Shown here one piece after another: positions 23,049 to 34,805 of a stretch of 64,000 nucleotides of DNA. The position numbers were made by a program, and so were the translations under genes. Source of the stretch: Sminthopsis crassicaudata. Its lineage: Eukaryota. Every line of letters begins with the position of its first letter. The first letter of the stretch is position 1. The stretch lies in assembly GCF_048593235.1 (NCBI RefSeq), contig NC_133620.1:373641261-373705260 (forward strand), written 5' to 3'. The notes under the pieces were generated by a model that did not search any database, was not told where the DNA came from, and saw only the letters and a program-made list of their open reading frames with translations.

Positions 23049-25260
23049 CTGAGAGAAGAGGAGGAGACAAGTGAGGGAGGCAGGGCTTCATGATCAACCT
23101 TGATCTTTATATCTCTCCTACAAAGACCTGTGGTGTTGAATCATCAACTTCTTATATGACCTTCTTTATCAACTACAACATATTCCTGCCTTTGTGCATC
23201 TCACTCCATCCTACCAGTGATACCCTTTCCTCCTTTCCAATCTAGCTCAAAATTACAAGATTTTCATAAATAATCCTATCTGAATTATTATTTTACCTTG
23301 ACTTTTCCTTAGCATTATATGCTTTCATTGTTGAAACACATATAAAATATGGTCTTTTGGGTCTATTATCCTTGCTTTTACTCTCACTTTTCTTTATCCC
23401 TGGAATGATATCCTTAGATCCTTCTACTGTTCCATTCACTATTACAATTCTAGGGATCGAAGTCCCAGAACTGTAAGGTATCTTAACCGGAGTGGTTTCC
23501 CCATCTATCTACTGAAATTCTATCATATAAAGCCAACTTAAAACATTTCCTTCTTCATGAATTTTTCCTCAGTCATTCCCAACTTAACACTTTGAAGTTT
23601 TGCATACACATGTTACCTTGTAATAACTGTTTGTGTCCTCTTCCCTTCTTTGACTATATTTTTCACAAAAGCAAGAAAAGTATCTTTATTCCTCTCCATG
23701 CATCTACCACAATGATTTACACATAATAGATGCTTATATGGTTCATCTTTGGATGGAATACAAGACAGAACAGATCTGTGTTAAGCTATTTTTGCTTATG
23801 GAATATATAGCAAGTCTTCAAAGTATATTGCTTATATGATCTAATGCCACTTTGTGTTCACACTATTTCTTCAATTAGCCTGTCAGTATATCAAAGACAA
23901 GAATCTTAATTTTATATCTAATCCCCTTTGCCAATACTCTACTAATACCCTAGAGCCTTAGCAGGCCAGGTAACTATACAAAATGAATATCAAATAGCAA
24001 TTCACTATTAGAGTTCTAGGGATCTGAGTCCCAGAACTGTAAGGTGGTATAATTGGAGTGGTCCTCCCCACCCCCAAGCTCCCTTAGAATGTTTTCTTCA
24101 GAAAGCCTCTAGCTGGAATCCGCTTTCCAATACTGTTCCCCTCTCATATTCAGAAGGTACAAAGAATGGCTGGTTTTTAAATTGATATCAGCACTTTGCT
24201 AAGATTGACTACTCTCCAACTGCTGTGGAGGAGGAAGAACACTAATCCTTTTTCTCCTTTTTCCCCACAAGTGTGGGACACTTTCTGAGGGAAACAGTAA
24301 TCACAGGTGAGGGAGATTGGAGGGTGTATGTTTGTATGCACAAACAAGGAAAAGGGAAGGGTTTCAGGAGCAGAGGATTCCATGTGTTAAGAGTTCCATT
24401 ACACTACTCAGACATTTGGGTCGAATTCCGAGTCTCTTCCTCACTCCCAACTCCGAAGTGAGGAGACAGATGTTGGGCTAGACTCTCGGTCCATACGCTA
24501 AGACAATAATTTCTCAAGATACTAGTTACCTCTTCCTCACCTGTAAATTAAGAATATTTACCTTATTTCTTAAAGTTATAGCTAATAAACTGAGCCAATG
24601 TCCTCACAGCATGCTTTTGTAATCTTAAACCTGTACAAATCTTACATTTCCCAAGCATTGAAAATGCTCTTCCATTTCAACCTAGTTCTAGAACCTCACC
24701 CGCACTTAGAGGTTTCCTACGGAGCATCTTCCTTTAAGCTACTAAGGAAACCTCCCACACCGCCAATTTCTCCGTCTCTCCTCCTCCCTCCTCCATTTGC
24801 TCCAGCAACCACATTCCAAGACTGCACTCTGTTATCATAAACTTCTAGGGAAACCTCTTGTACGACAAACTTATAAGTCTCTTTTTTCCTAGTTGCTCAA
24901 CCAATCAAGGTCCAAGAAGATACCAGCAGCCTGTGGTCTGGGAACCCCAGCCTAACTCCTCCTAACGTGTTCGGTTCACGAAGCTCCTCGACATACCTCG
25001 GTCCCCGAGCCCTAGTCACTTCGGACCCTTCCCGTACCTTCCGGCTTCTCACAGGACAGGGCCCCCTCACAAAGCTTTCCTTTTCTCGATACCACTGCCT
25101 CCTTCAACAACTAGCAAGGGCCCCTCGCCCTCTCGCACGGCCGCGACCCCAGGCCCCCTTTGGGGCCGGCACTCTCAGTCTCCGGTCCTCCCCGCGGCGC
25201 GCGCCCCCGCGCCCGCCATCTTGCCGCGCGCCCCCGTGGCCCGCCAGGCCGCGCGCTCAC

Positions 25261-25650
25261 CGTTCTGGCTGCGAGGCCCGTGCGCTTGTCCCACAGGAAG
25301 TCCGTGATGGCGGCGGCGCTGCGGCCGGAGACCGGCCCCCCACCCCCCGCGGCGACGGTCTGCGGCTCCTCCCTCCCGCCCGCCCCACGCAACCTGGGGC
25401 CTCGGACCCACCGAACCCGGCCCCGGGCCCCGCTGCGCTCGGTTCCGCTTGCGCCCGGCCCTCTCCCGCCCCCCGGGATCTATCGCCTCCACGCCGCCCG
25501 CAGCTCGCCTCCCACCCCGGGCCTGGCCCCGGCCACGGCTCCGGCTCCGGCCCCCGGCCCCGGCTCCGGCTCCGGCCGCTCCACTCCGCCGCCGCCGCCG
25601 CCGCCGCCGCGAGCGAGCACGCACGCACGTCCTGCGTCCCTTCCCAGCTC
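25261..25650 (-). other. CLK2: CLK2 exon 1 (5' leader) inside a CpG island spanning about 25100-26050
   Basis: Donor AGAACG|GTGAGC at 25261; the next exon begins directly with ATG at 23048; no AUG in the leader. The 5' end (TSS) is approximate. Confidence 0.8.
25586..25609 (-). repeat. (CGG)8 trinucleotide repeat in the CLK2 5' leader
   Basis: (ccg)8 on +, flanked by ccggct/ccggcc hexamer repeats. Confidence 0.85.
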
Positions 25651-26984
25651 CCTCCGACTCCTCCCGTCGGGGTCGCGCACGTCGCCGTCGTCTTCACGTT
25701 TACTCGCGGGAACTTGCCCGTCGAGGAAGGCGGCGAGGAGGAGCTGGAAGCGACTGATGGAAGGGCCAATGGAGTACGTGCTGCAGGGAGTCGGGGTGTG
25801 CCGGCGAGGCGTCAGCCACATCTCTCCTACGTTCTTTCTTTCCCTCGCTACTGCCCCTCCTGCCCCGAAGCCTTATTCTCTGGTCTGGGGCTTGAGTCTG
25901 TCCTAGGAAGCGCTTTGAGGTCCTTCGGTCTCCTGATCAGCTGCGGAGGGAGGGAAAATGCCGAGCTGTGGGGCGATCAGCGCCCCTGCCTTTGCCCAGT
26001 TAACGCTGAAGTTTAAACAATGACGGACCCTCGTGGAAATGGATGTCTTCCCCCCACCCCTAGGCTCAAAATCTTCGGGGAAAGAGCAGCTGCGCCCCCT
26101 CTACTCGTCCCCTACCTCCCGCGTGTGACTGTGTCCTGGGCTTTGTTAGTATCCCAGCGTACCCTTCACTAACACCCCCCCCCCCCCCCCCGGTGGCTTA
26201 AAACTAGCCGTGCAGGATCTGGATCTGACCAGGGCAGAAGAGGACGCGCCCCTCGGCTTTCACGTCCTCCGATTTCGTTTTCCCGCTTTATGGTCTTAGG
26301 ACTACAAATGGGGGCTTGGAAATGCAAGGTCATCAGCATTCCATGAGTACCACAAACAGTTCGTAGCGGAACGGGGGGGAGGTTCAGTGTACCGGCGGAT
26401 ACTCCTTCAATGCGGCTCGATATTCATTTGACCCTTAATGGGTGCAAGTGCACTGTTTCAAGTAAATGCTTGATCGCTACTTTGATGGAGCAACATAATT
26501 ATATAATACTGACTTACATTTATGTAGTTACTTGACATTACATTACCTCATGTGAGGTAGTCCGTACGAAGTAGTGTTAGTCCCCTTACTGCTGAAGAAA
26601 CAATCCCAGAGATTCTGCAGAGGCAGAAGTTGAACTCAGGTTTTCTGACTTATTGCTCCTTTTTATTATGTTTTCCAGATTTTAGAGAATATAACCCAAT
26701 AAGATTCTTAGAGACAGACACTCTTTTCTATCACTGAAACAATTTTTTACCAGTTTATCTTATTTACAAATTAAAGGGAAAAAAATAAAATAAAAGGGAA
26801 GTGAGAGGTTCTGTAAAGTATACAAAGATCAGTGGGAAGCCAGACCCACTCTCTCGTCCATCTCCTTGTAACCTTAGGCCTGGGTTTGTTTTTTTGTGTG
26901 TGTGTTTTTAAAGGTTTAGCTGCCCAGCAGGGCAGAGCAAAACATCAGGGGTGTAGAGCCCGGAGAGTCAACTCAAATAATAAT

Positions 26985-27215
26985 AAAGATTCTAATAGCT
27001 AACACTTATATAGCACTTTTTATGTGCCAGGCACTATGCTAAGCATTGCTCCTTGCAATCCTTGTAGATTCTGTTATGGCACTCATTTTAGAGATGAGAA
27101 TACTGTATCAAACAAATTAAGTGACTCCTCTACGGTCTCATAGCTGGTAAGGGTCTCTACCTGGAATTGAATCTTCCCAGTTCTTGGTTCAGTGTTCTAT
27201 TCTCTGTGCCAACTA
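26985..27215 (-). mobile_element. MIR/MAR1-type SINE remnant
   Basis: atagctaacacttatatagcac...tgtgccaggcactatgctaag...ttttagagatgag, a typical reverse-oriented CORE-SINE; boundaries approximate. Confidence 0.6.
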
Positions 27216-27534
27216 GCTGCTCTATGAGCCATTGGAAGCCTGTGAATCATCAGGCTGTCAACAGAATCACTCCATGTTCAACTTCCATGTCTTTTCACCA
27301 GCTTGTTCCCTGTTCCTAGAATGCTCTCCCTTATTATCTCCACCTTATATCCCAGGCTTGCTTCTAGACGGCTCAGATTTCATCTTCTGCAAAGAAGACT
27401 TTTGCTGGAATTTCCCATCCTCATGCCTTTTTTCTAAAATTGTTTTCAATTTACATTATTATATATTGTAAAAAACACAGTTATCTCCATGTTGTGTCTC
27501 ACATTAAAATGTAAGCATTATAAAGGCAGGGATT

Positions 27535-29260
27535 TAATTTTCACCTTTCCGACAGAAATAGTAAATGCATTTTTTTCAGATCATGATGCAATGAAAATTA
27601 CATTCAAGAGAAGGTCAGGGGAAAATAGACCAAAAGTTAATTGGAAACTAAATAATTTTCATCCTAAAGAATGAATGGGTGAAACAGCAAATCATAGACA
27701 CAATAATTGCATCCAAGAGAATGACAATAATGAGCAACATACCAAAATTTGCAGGATGCAGTCAAAGTGGTAATAAGGGGAAAATTTATATCTCTAGATC
27801 TTACTTGCATAAAATAAATAAAATAGCTAAATAGCTAAAAATATAAAAAAAAATAACTAAAAAAGCTGGGGAAAAATTTTTTTAAAAATGAAATACCAAA
27901 TTTGAAATTATTTCCCCCCCCCCAAGGTTACCAATTGCCTCTCTCTTTTTAAAAATTTTATTAAAAACGTTTTATTTACAAAACATGCATAGGTAATTTT
28001 TCAACATTGACCCTTGCAAAACTTTCTGTTCAAAATTTTTCCTTCCTTCCCCCCACTCCCTCCCCTAAATGGCAGGTAGTTCAAAATACATGTTAAATAT
28101 GTTAAATCCAATATATGTATACATATTTATGCAGTTATCTTGCTGCACAAGAAAAATCAGATCAAGAGGGGGAAAAATCTGAGGAAGAAAACAAAATGCA
28201 AGCAAACATCAATAGAAAGAGTGAAAATGCTGTGTTGGGGTCCACACTCATTTCCCACAGTCCTCTCTCTGGATGTATGTGGTTCTCTTCTTCACTGAAC
28301 AATTGCAACTGGTTTGAATCATCTCATTGTTGAAGAGAGCCATGTCCATCAGAATTGGTCATCACAATCTTTTTGTTGCATGTACAATGATCTCCTGGTT
28401 CTGCTCACTTCACTTAGCATCAGTTCATGGAAGTCTCTCCAGGCATCCCTGAAATCATCTTGTTGGTAATTTCTTACAGAGCAATAATATTTCATAACAT
28501 TCATATAACTTATTCAGCCATTCTCCAATTGATGTTTATCCACTCAGTTTCCAGTTTCTTGCCACTACACAAAGGGCTGCCACAAATATTTTTACTCATG
28601 TGGATCCCTTTCCCTCCTTTAAGATCTTTTTGGGATAGAAGCCCAGTAGAAATACAGCTGGGTCAAAGGATATGCACAGCCAAACTTAAAATTCTAAAAA
28701 TAAAGGGAGAGATTAATAAAATTGAAAGCAAAAAATCTATTGAATTAAAAAATAAAACTAATTGGTTTTATGAAAAAAAAACCCAACAAAATAGATAAAC
28801 TTTTGGTTAATTAATTAGAAAAAGGAAAGAGAAAAATCAAATTGTCTCAAAAATGAAGTGAGAATTTTCCACCAACAAAGAGGAAATTAGAGCAATAATT
28901 AGGAGTTATTTTGCCCAACTTTATGCCAATAATTTTGATAACCTAAGTGAAATGGAGGAATTCCTACAAAAAATATAGATTGCCCAGATTAACAGAGGAG
29001 GAAACAAATTACTTAAATAGTCCCATTTTAGAAAAAGAAATAGAACAAGCTATTAATCAACTCCCTAAGAAAAAATCTCCAGGGTCAGATGGAGTTACAT
29101 GTGAAATCTACCAAACATTTAAAGAACAATTAATTCCAATACTATATAAACTATTTGAAAACAATAAGGAAAGGACTCCTACCAAACTCCTTTTATGACA
29201 TAGACATGGTATTGATACCTAAACCAGGTAGGATGGAAACAAAAAAAAAATTAAACACTA
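27535..29260 (+). mobile_element. Degraded L1 ORF2 fragment (endonuclease end/linker into RT), interrupted at about 27910-28680
   Basis: Translates to L1-like TEIVNAFFSDHDAMKITF...NWKLNN and [41 protein letters not shown]...[16 protein letters not shown], with frameshifts. Confidence 0.9.
27945..28680 (-). mobile_element. Antisense L1 3' end nested in the L1 ORF2 fragment
   Basis: T-rich end, marsupial L1 3' UTR and ORF2 C-terminus in reverse; flanked by ccaaatttgaaatt (27896-27909) and ccaaacttaaaatt (28680-28693). Confidence 0.85.
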
Positions 29261-29303
29261 ATTTTTGCAGTTTAAAAAAAAAAACAAAAAAAACTTCCAG
29301 GAG

Positions 29304-29752
29304 TGTCATGGGTCAGAACTTCAAACAAGGTGCTAAGACAGTGGAATTAATAGAGACAATAGTTATCTAATTTAGATTGGTTCAGTATAATAGATTTAAT
29401 CCTACAAGGAGATGTTATGGAGCAGAACTTGAAACAAGGTACTAAGTGGAATTGAGGAGACAATGGTTAAATCTAGTTTAGCATTGATTTAATCCTATAA
29501 CAAATAGTGGTTTCCTAGTGATATAATGATCCGAGAGCTCAAGCTCTCAGAACCAAGACTACAGAAGGCTTCTAAGAAAGCTAACTGGGTTGCAGGAAAG
29601 GAGACAAGACTTGGAAAGAAATAATAAAGAATTTGGACTTCAATACCTGGCTGCATTTGGGGTGATTACTGAACTGAAATGAAGGCTACTCCCAGAAGCC
29701 TCCCAAGAAACCTGCTCCCAGAGAATATTACATTTTAGAGAAGAACATTACA
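29304..29752 (+). mobile_element. Solo ERV LTR (449 bp)
   Basis: TG...CA termini, AATAAA near 29622, perfect 6-bp TSD caggag at 29298-29303 and 29753-29758, internal ~105-bp tandem duplication in U3. Confidence 0.85.
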
Positions 29753-30720
29753 CAGGAGTCCTTAACTTTAAATATTTCTGTAATGGATCCAGGACTTTCC
29801 TTCTTCCTTATATCTGTCTATTTCTTGATTTCCTTTTAAGTCCCAATTAAAATCATAACTTCTACTGGAAGCCTTTCTGAACTCCTCTATTCTAAGGTTT
29901 TCCTTCTGTTATTTCCTATTTATCCTTTATATAGTTTGTTGATACATAGTTGTTTGCTTGTTGTCTCTTTCCATTAGATTTTCATTAGATTTTTCTTTGA
30001 GGGCATGAACTACCTTTTTACTTTATCCCAGTGCTTAGCTCAGTGCCTGGAACACAGTGTTTATTATAACTGTTTATTCACTGACTAATTGACCCATTGC
30101 GTGAGAAAGACTGATTTTCTCCTCCTCAAAAGGGAACACCAGGAATTGAAAAATCTCCCTACTCCCCTCAAAAAGCAGAGACATTCATCTCTCTCCAATC
30201 CCATCAATCCTGATTACTCTCACATGTGTGTGCAGTGTCCACTGGCCTGTTAGATCATTTCTAGAAGAGTGCTGGACATTCAATAAGTGTTCTGTAAGTG
30301 ACTTTCAGACACAGCCTAAATTCTTATAGTCCAATCTTCTAGATCTTTTAGCTGCTGAAAAATATCTTCAGTCTCAAAGCACAGAGGAGGGAGGAGCAAG
30401 AGAAAGGATGAGATGAGGCAGATTTGGGACCTGAAGATACCATTGAGAAACAATGGGAGTCAAACTCCTCCACCATCAGTCAGAAAAGCACAGGGGAGGA
30501 TAGTTAGAAGGATTGGGCAACTGAGGAATGAAGCCTCAAATAAAAAATACAACAGGAGGGAAGACTAAAAAAAGTTGGAAATGGAACTTGGGGGGTAGGA
30601 AGAATAAAAAAAACATGGAATACAAACAGCACGAGATAGGAGTAGTTAGGAAAAGCTAGTTACGCTATTACCTATATTTTAAAAACTCATACTATGTCAT
30701 AGAAACTCATAGGTTCACAT

Positions 30721-31785
30721 TGAAAGGACCCTGAAACTCTCTAAAACTCCTCAAAGGAGAGTTTCTCCTTGAACCCTGCCCAAAGGAAACAAGATGAACA
30801 GCTTCATTCAGTTATCTTGCTGGAACTAGTTGAAGCATTCAATTCCAAGATTTTCTACACTTATTGTTGGCTCAACTACTCCCATCAAGTGGTCTCATCT
30901 AGGCTTGGGGGCAGTGATAGCATTGAGGAAATCTCATTCAATTGAAACTTCTGTCTCAGATTTCCTTATAAAAACTGCAACTTGGAACTCACTTCTTTGC
31001 AGAGGTCCTAACATGCCAATGCATGTCATGCTAAGCCAAGGAAACCTCTGCTCACTGGAATAATATTCTCTTCCAGTAGTTACCCTCTCTTTATCCTCAT
31101 CTATTTCCCTAATGAGACTTTATGCCTCTCTGTCGGGATCTCTCTACTAGAAATTTTACTTCCAGGACTCCTTTACTATTTTACTTTCTGTCAGGATCTT
31201 GCTACTAAGGAAGTCAGCCTTTCTGTTCATGCAGAGGTAAGACTGACTTCCCAATACCAATAATAAACTTATTTTATCAGTCTAGGTTTTCGGGTTTGTA
31301 AATTCCTTTACAGAGAATCTCTGCAATGCCAGAAAGTGGGTTCCTCAAAACTCCCTACCCTTGTGTCAAATCCCAAATGTAGGGGAGTCAAACCTCTCCA
31401 TTTGGTTCCCTGAATCCCAAACCTGCCACTAGGCCTAATTATTTAACTCTCTGACCAGGAACGCTAATCTCATTCTGGTTCCCTAAATCTAGACCTCATA
31501 ATTTGGTTCCCTGACAGAAGGGAACCCCAAAACCTAAACCTCATAATATTTTGGCTGCCTGATCAGGAATCAAACCCGGGCTGCAGGGGTGAAAGCACCG
31601 AATCCTAAGGGGATATAGGGGAGCCAAACCTCTCCATTTGGTTCCCTGAACCCCAAACCTGCCACTAGACCTCATTATTTAACTCCCTGACCACCAGGAA
31701 CCCTAATCTCATTTTGGTTCCCTAAATGTAGACCTCATCATTTGGTTCCCTGACAGAAGGGAACCCCAAAACCTAAGCCTCATCA
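30721..31785 (+). mobile_element. Solo ERV LTR with a captured tRNA segment and a duplicated U5
   Basis: Starts tgaaaggaccctgaaactct, AATAAA near 31262, ends cctcatca. Same family as the reverse copy at 58398-59195. Segment 31380-31546 is repeated at about 31612-31785. Confidence 0.8.
31552..31608 (-). pseudogene. tRNA-Glu(TTC)-derived fragment (3' ~57 nt including CCA), non-functional
   Basis: Minus strand reads TTAGGATTCGGTGCTTTCACCCCTGCAGCCCGGGTTTGATTCCTGATCAGGCAGCCA, with anticodon loop CT-TTC-AC and a T-loop. About 47/57 identical to mammalian tRNA-Glu as recalled; most mismatches are CpG transitions. The 5' acceptor/D arm is missing. Confidence 0.8.
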
Positions 31786-31839
31786 ATATGTAATTTTGGG
31801 GATATTGAAATGTTAGTGTTGATTCATAATTTCTTTAAC

Positions 31840-32882
31840 TTTGTTTTTTTAATTAATTACTTAAATTAATTTTTACAAAAATTTTATGTATAGATAATTT
31901 TTCAGCATTGACAATTGCAAAACCTTTTGTTCCAACTTTTCCCCTCCTTCCCCCCACCCCTTCCCCCAGATGACAGGTTGACCAATACATGTTAAATATG
32001 TTAATATATAAGTTAAATAAAATATATGTATACATGTCCAAACAGTTATTTTGCTGTACAAAAAGAATCAGACTTTGAAATAGCGTACAATTAGCCTGTA
32101 AAGGAAATAAAAAATGTAGGCAGACAAAAATAGAGGGATTGGGAATTCTATGTAGTGGTTCATAGTCAACTCCCAGAGTTCTTTTGCTGGATGTAGCTGG
32201 TTCAGTTCATTACTGCTCTATTGGAACTGGTTTGGTTCATCTCATTGTTGAAGAGAGCCATGTCCATCAGAATTGATCATCATATTGTTGTTGAAGTATA
32301 TAATGATCTCCAGGTCCTATTCATTTCACTCAGCATCAGTTCCTATAAGTCTCTCCAGGCCTTTCTGAAATCATCCTGTTCATTTCTTACAGAACAATAA
32401 AATTCCATAATATTCATATACCACAATTTATTTAGTCATTCTCCAATTTAAGGGCATCCACGTAGTTTCCAGTTTCTGGCCACTACAAAGAGGGCTGCCA
32501 CAAACATTCTTGCATATACTGGTCCCTTGCCTTTCTTTAAAATCTCTTTGGGATATAAGCCCAGTAGTAATGCTGCTGGATCAAAGGGTATGCACAGTTT
32601 GAGAACTCTTTGAGCATAGTTCCAAATTGCTCTCCAGAATGGCTGGATGTATTCACAATTCCACCAACAATGTATCAGTGTCCCAATTTTCCCACATCCC
32701 TGCCAACATTCTGCATTATCTTTCCCTGTCATTCTAGCCAATCTGACAGGTATGTAGTGGTATCTCAGAGTTGTCTTAATTTGCATTTCTCTGATTAATA
32801 ATGACTTGGAGCATCTTTTCATATGTCTAGAAATAGTTTCAATTTCTTCATCTGAGAATTGTCTGTTCATATCCTTTGACCA
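31840..32882 (-). mobile_element. 5'-truncated L1 (ORF2 C-terminus plus 3' UTR)
   Basis: ORF 32448-32885 (-) is the L1 ORF2 C-terminal domain (SLLIREMQIKTTLRYH...CGKIGTLIHCWW...FDPAALLLGLYPKE); T-rich end on the left. Confidence 0.92.
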
Positions 32883-33600
32883 CATAATTTTTTTTTATAG
32901 AAGTATGAAGGATAGGATAGAAGGACTTGAGGAGACATCAGAAATGGAGCTGAGATTAACCTTCATATGGAAGAGATAAAAATGAAACTTGATGAGGTGA
33001 GCTGAGGTTTGTTTTAGTGAAAAGGAAAGAGGGAAAGTGCTCAGAATTTGAGCAGATTTAGAACAGAAAAAGTCCTTGGTCCAACCCAATTATTTTAAGG
33101 ATGGAGAAACTGAGACCAACAAAGGAGAAATTATTTGCTTTTGTGGCACAAGTTGCAAGTGGAGAATCAGGATTCCAAACCAGGACCTCTATTTCTAGTT
33201 AGATACAGAATGGGACCTAAAGAAAGCCCAGAGGACTTGGGGATAGGGTGAAGAATCATTCGAAGAAGGGCAGGAGAGCATAGGGCTAAAGAGCAGGTCA
33301 AGTGTCAGGATAAAAGGAAACAAAGCTACATGGAGGCATAGAAGAAGGATGGGAAGGTTATGGGCAAGAAGAAAGGAGCTGGGGATAATAGCTGACATCT
33401 GCTTTAAGGTTGGAAAATGTTTCATTTGATCTTTAACTCTGAGGCAGTTTTTTAAACTTTTAAAAGTGCTATTTTAATCTCCATTTTACAGATGAGGAAA
33501 TTGAGACTGAGAGGTTGTGACTTGCACTGCATCAGGCAGTAAGTGCCTGAGGCAGGATTTGAATTTCTGATTCCAAGGTCAACTATAGCCACTAAATCAT

Positions 33601-34805
33601 TTTTTTAAAAATTAATTTTATAATTATATATTTTTGACAGTAATCATGAGTAATTTTTTTATAACATTATCCCTTGTATTCATTTTTCCAGATTTTCTCC
33701 TCTCTCCCTCTACTCTCTCCCCTAGATGACAGGCAATCTCATACATTTTACATGTGTTACAGTATAACCTAGATATAATATATGTGTGTAAATCCAATTT
33801 TCTTGTTGCACGTTAAGTATTGGATTCCGAAGGTATAAGTAACCTGGGTAGATAGACAGTAGTGCTAATATTTTACATTCAATTCCCAGTATTTCTTCTC
33901 TGGGTGTAGTTGTTTCTGTCCATCATTGATCAGCTGGAAGTGAGTTGGATCTTCTTTATGTTGAAGATATCCACTTCCATCAGAATACATCTTCATACAG
34001 TATTATTGTTGAAGTGTATAATGATCTTCTGGTTCTGCTCATTTCACTCAGCATCAGTTCATACAAGTCTTTCCAAACCTCTCTGTATGTCTCCTGTTGG
34101 TCATTTCTTACAGAGCAATAATATTCCATAGCCTTCATATACCATAATTTACCCAACCATTCTCCAATTGATGGACATCCATTCATCTTCCAGTTTCTAG
34201 CTACAACAAAAAGAGCTGCCACAAACATTTTGGCACACACAGGTCCCTTTCCCCTCTTTAGTATTTCTTTGGGATATAAGCCCAGTAGAGACACTGCTGG
34301 ATCAAAGGGTATGCACAGTTTGGTAACTTTTTGGGCATAGTTCCAGATTGCTCTCCAGAATGGCTGGATTCTTTCACAACTCCACCAACAATGTATCAGT
34401 GTCCCAGTTTTCCCACATCCCCTCCAACATTCATCATTATTTGTTCCTGTCATCTTAGCCAATCTGACAGGTGTGTGGTGATATCTCAGAGTTGTCTTAA
34501 TTTGCATTTCTCTGATCAGTAGTGATTTGGAACACTTTCGTATGAGTGGATATAGTTTCAATTTCATCATCTGAAAATTGTTCATATCCTTTGACCATTT
34601 ATCAGTTGGAGAATGGTTTGATTTTTTATAAATTAGGATCAATTCTCTGTATATTTTGGAAATGAGACCTTTATCAGAACCTTTAACTGTAAAAATATTT
34701 TCCCAATTTGTTACTTCCCTTCTAATCTTGTTTGAACTAGTATTGTTTGTACAGAAACTTTTTAGTTTGATGTAATCAAAATCTTCTATTTTGTGATTTT
34801 GTGAC
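33601..34805 (-). mobile_element. Relatively young 5'-truncated L1 (1.2 kb)
   Basis: ORF 33980-34642 is the L1 ORF2 C-terminus; perfect 15-bp TSD tagccactaaatcat at 33586-33600 and 34806-34820. Confidence 0.93.

Noticed and set aside
24967-26016. 349-aa plus-strand ORF antisense to CLK2 exon 1
   Set aside because: GTG start, composition dominated by P/A/R/G, and several other long frames overlap it; explained by stop-codon scarcity in a CpG island.
26175-26191. C17 run (also G runs near 10582 and 20685, and a T run near 50665)
   Set aside because: Homopolymers of uncertain length; could form G4 structures but nothing else supports function.
31552-31608. Functional tRNA-Glu gene
   Set aside because: Lacks the 5' acceptor strand and A box, has an encoded CCA and a decayed T-loop, and sits inside an LTR.
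33980-34642. 220-aa ORF (and similar ORFs at 32448, 28947, 62215 and 62830) as host genes
   Set aside because: All are LINE-1 ORF2 fragments in truncated elements.
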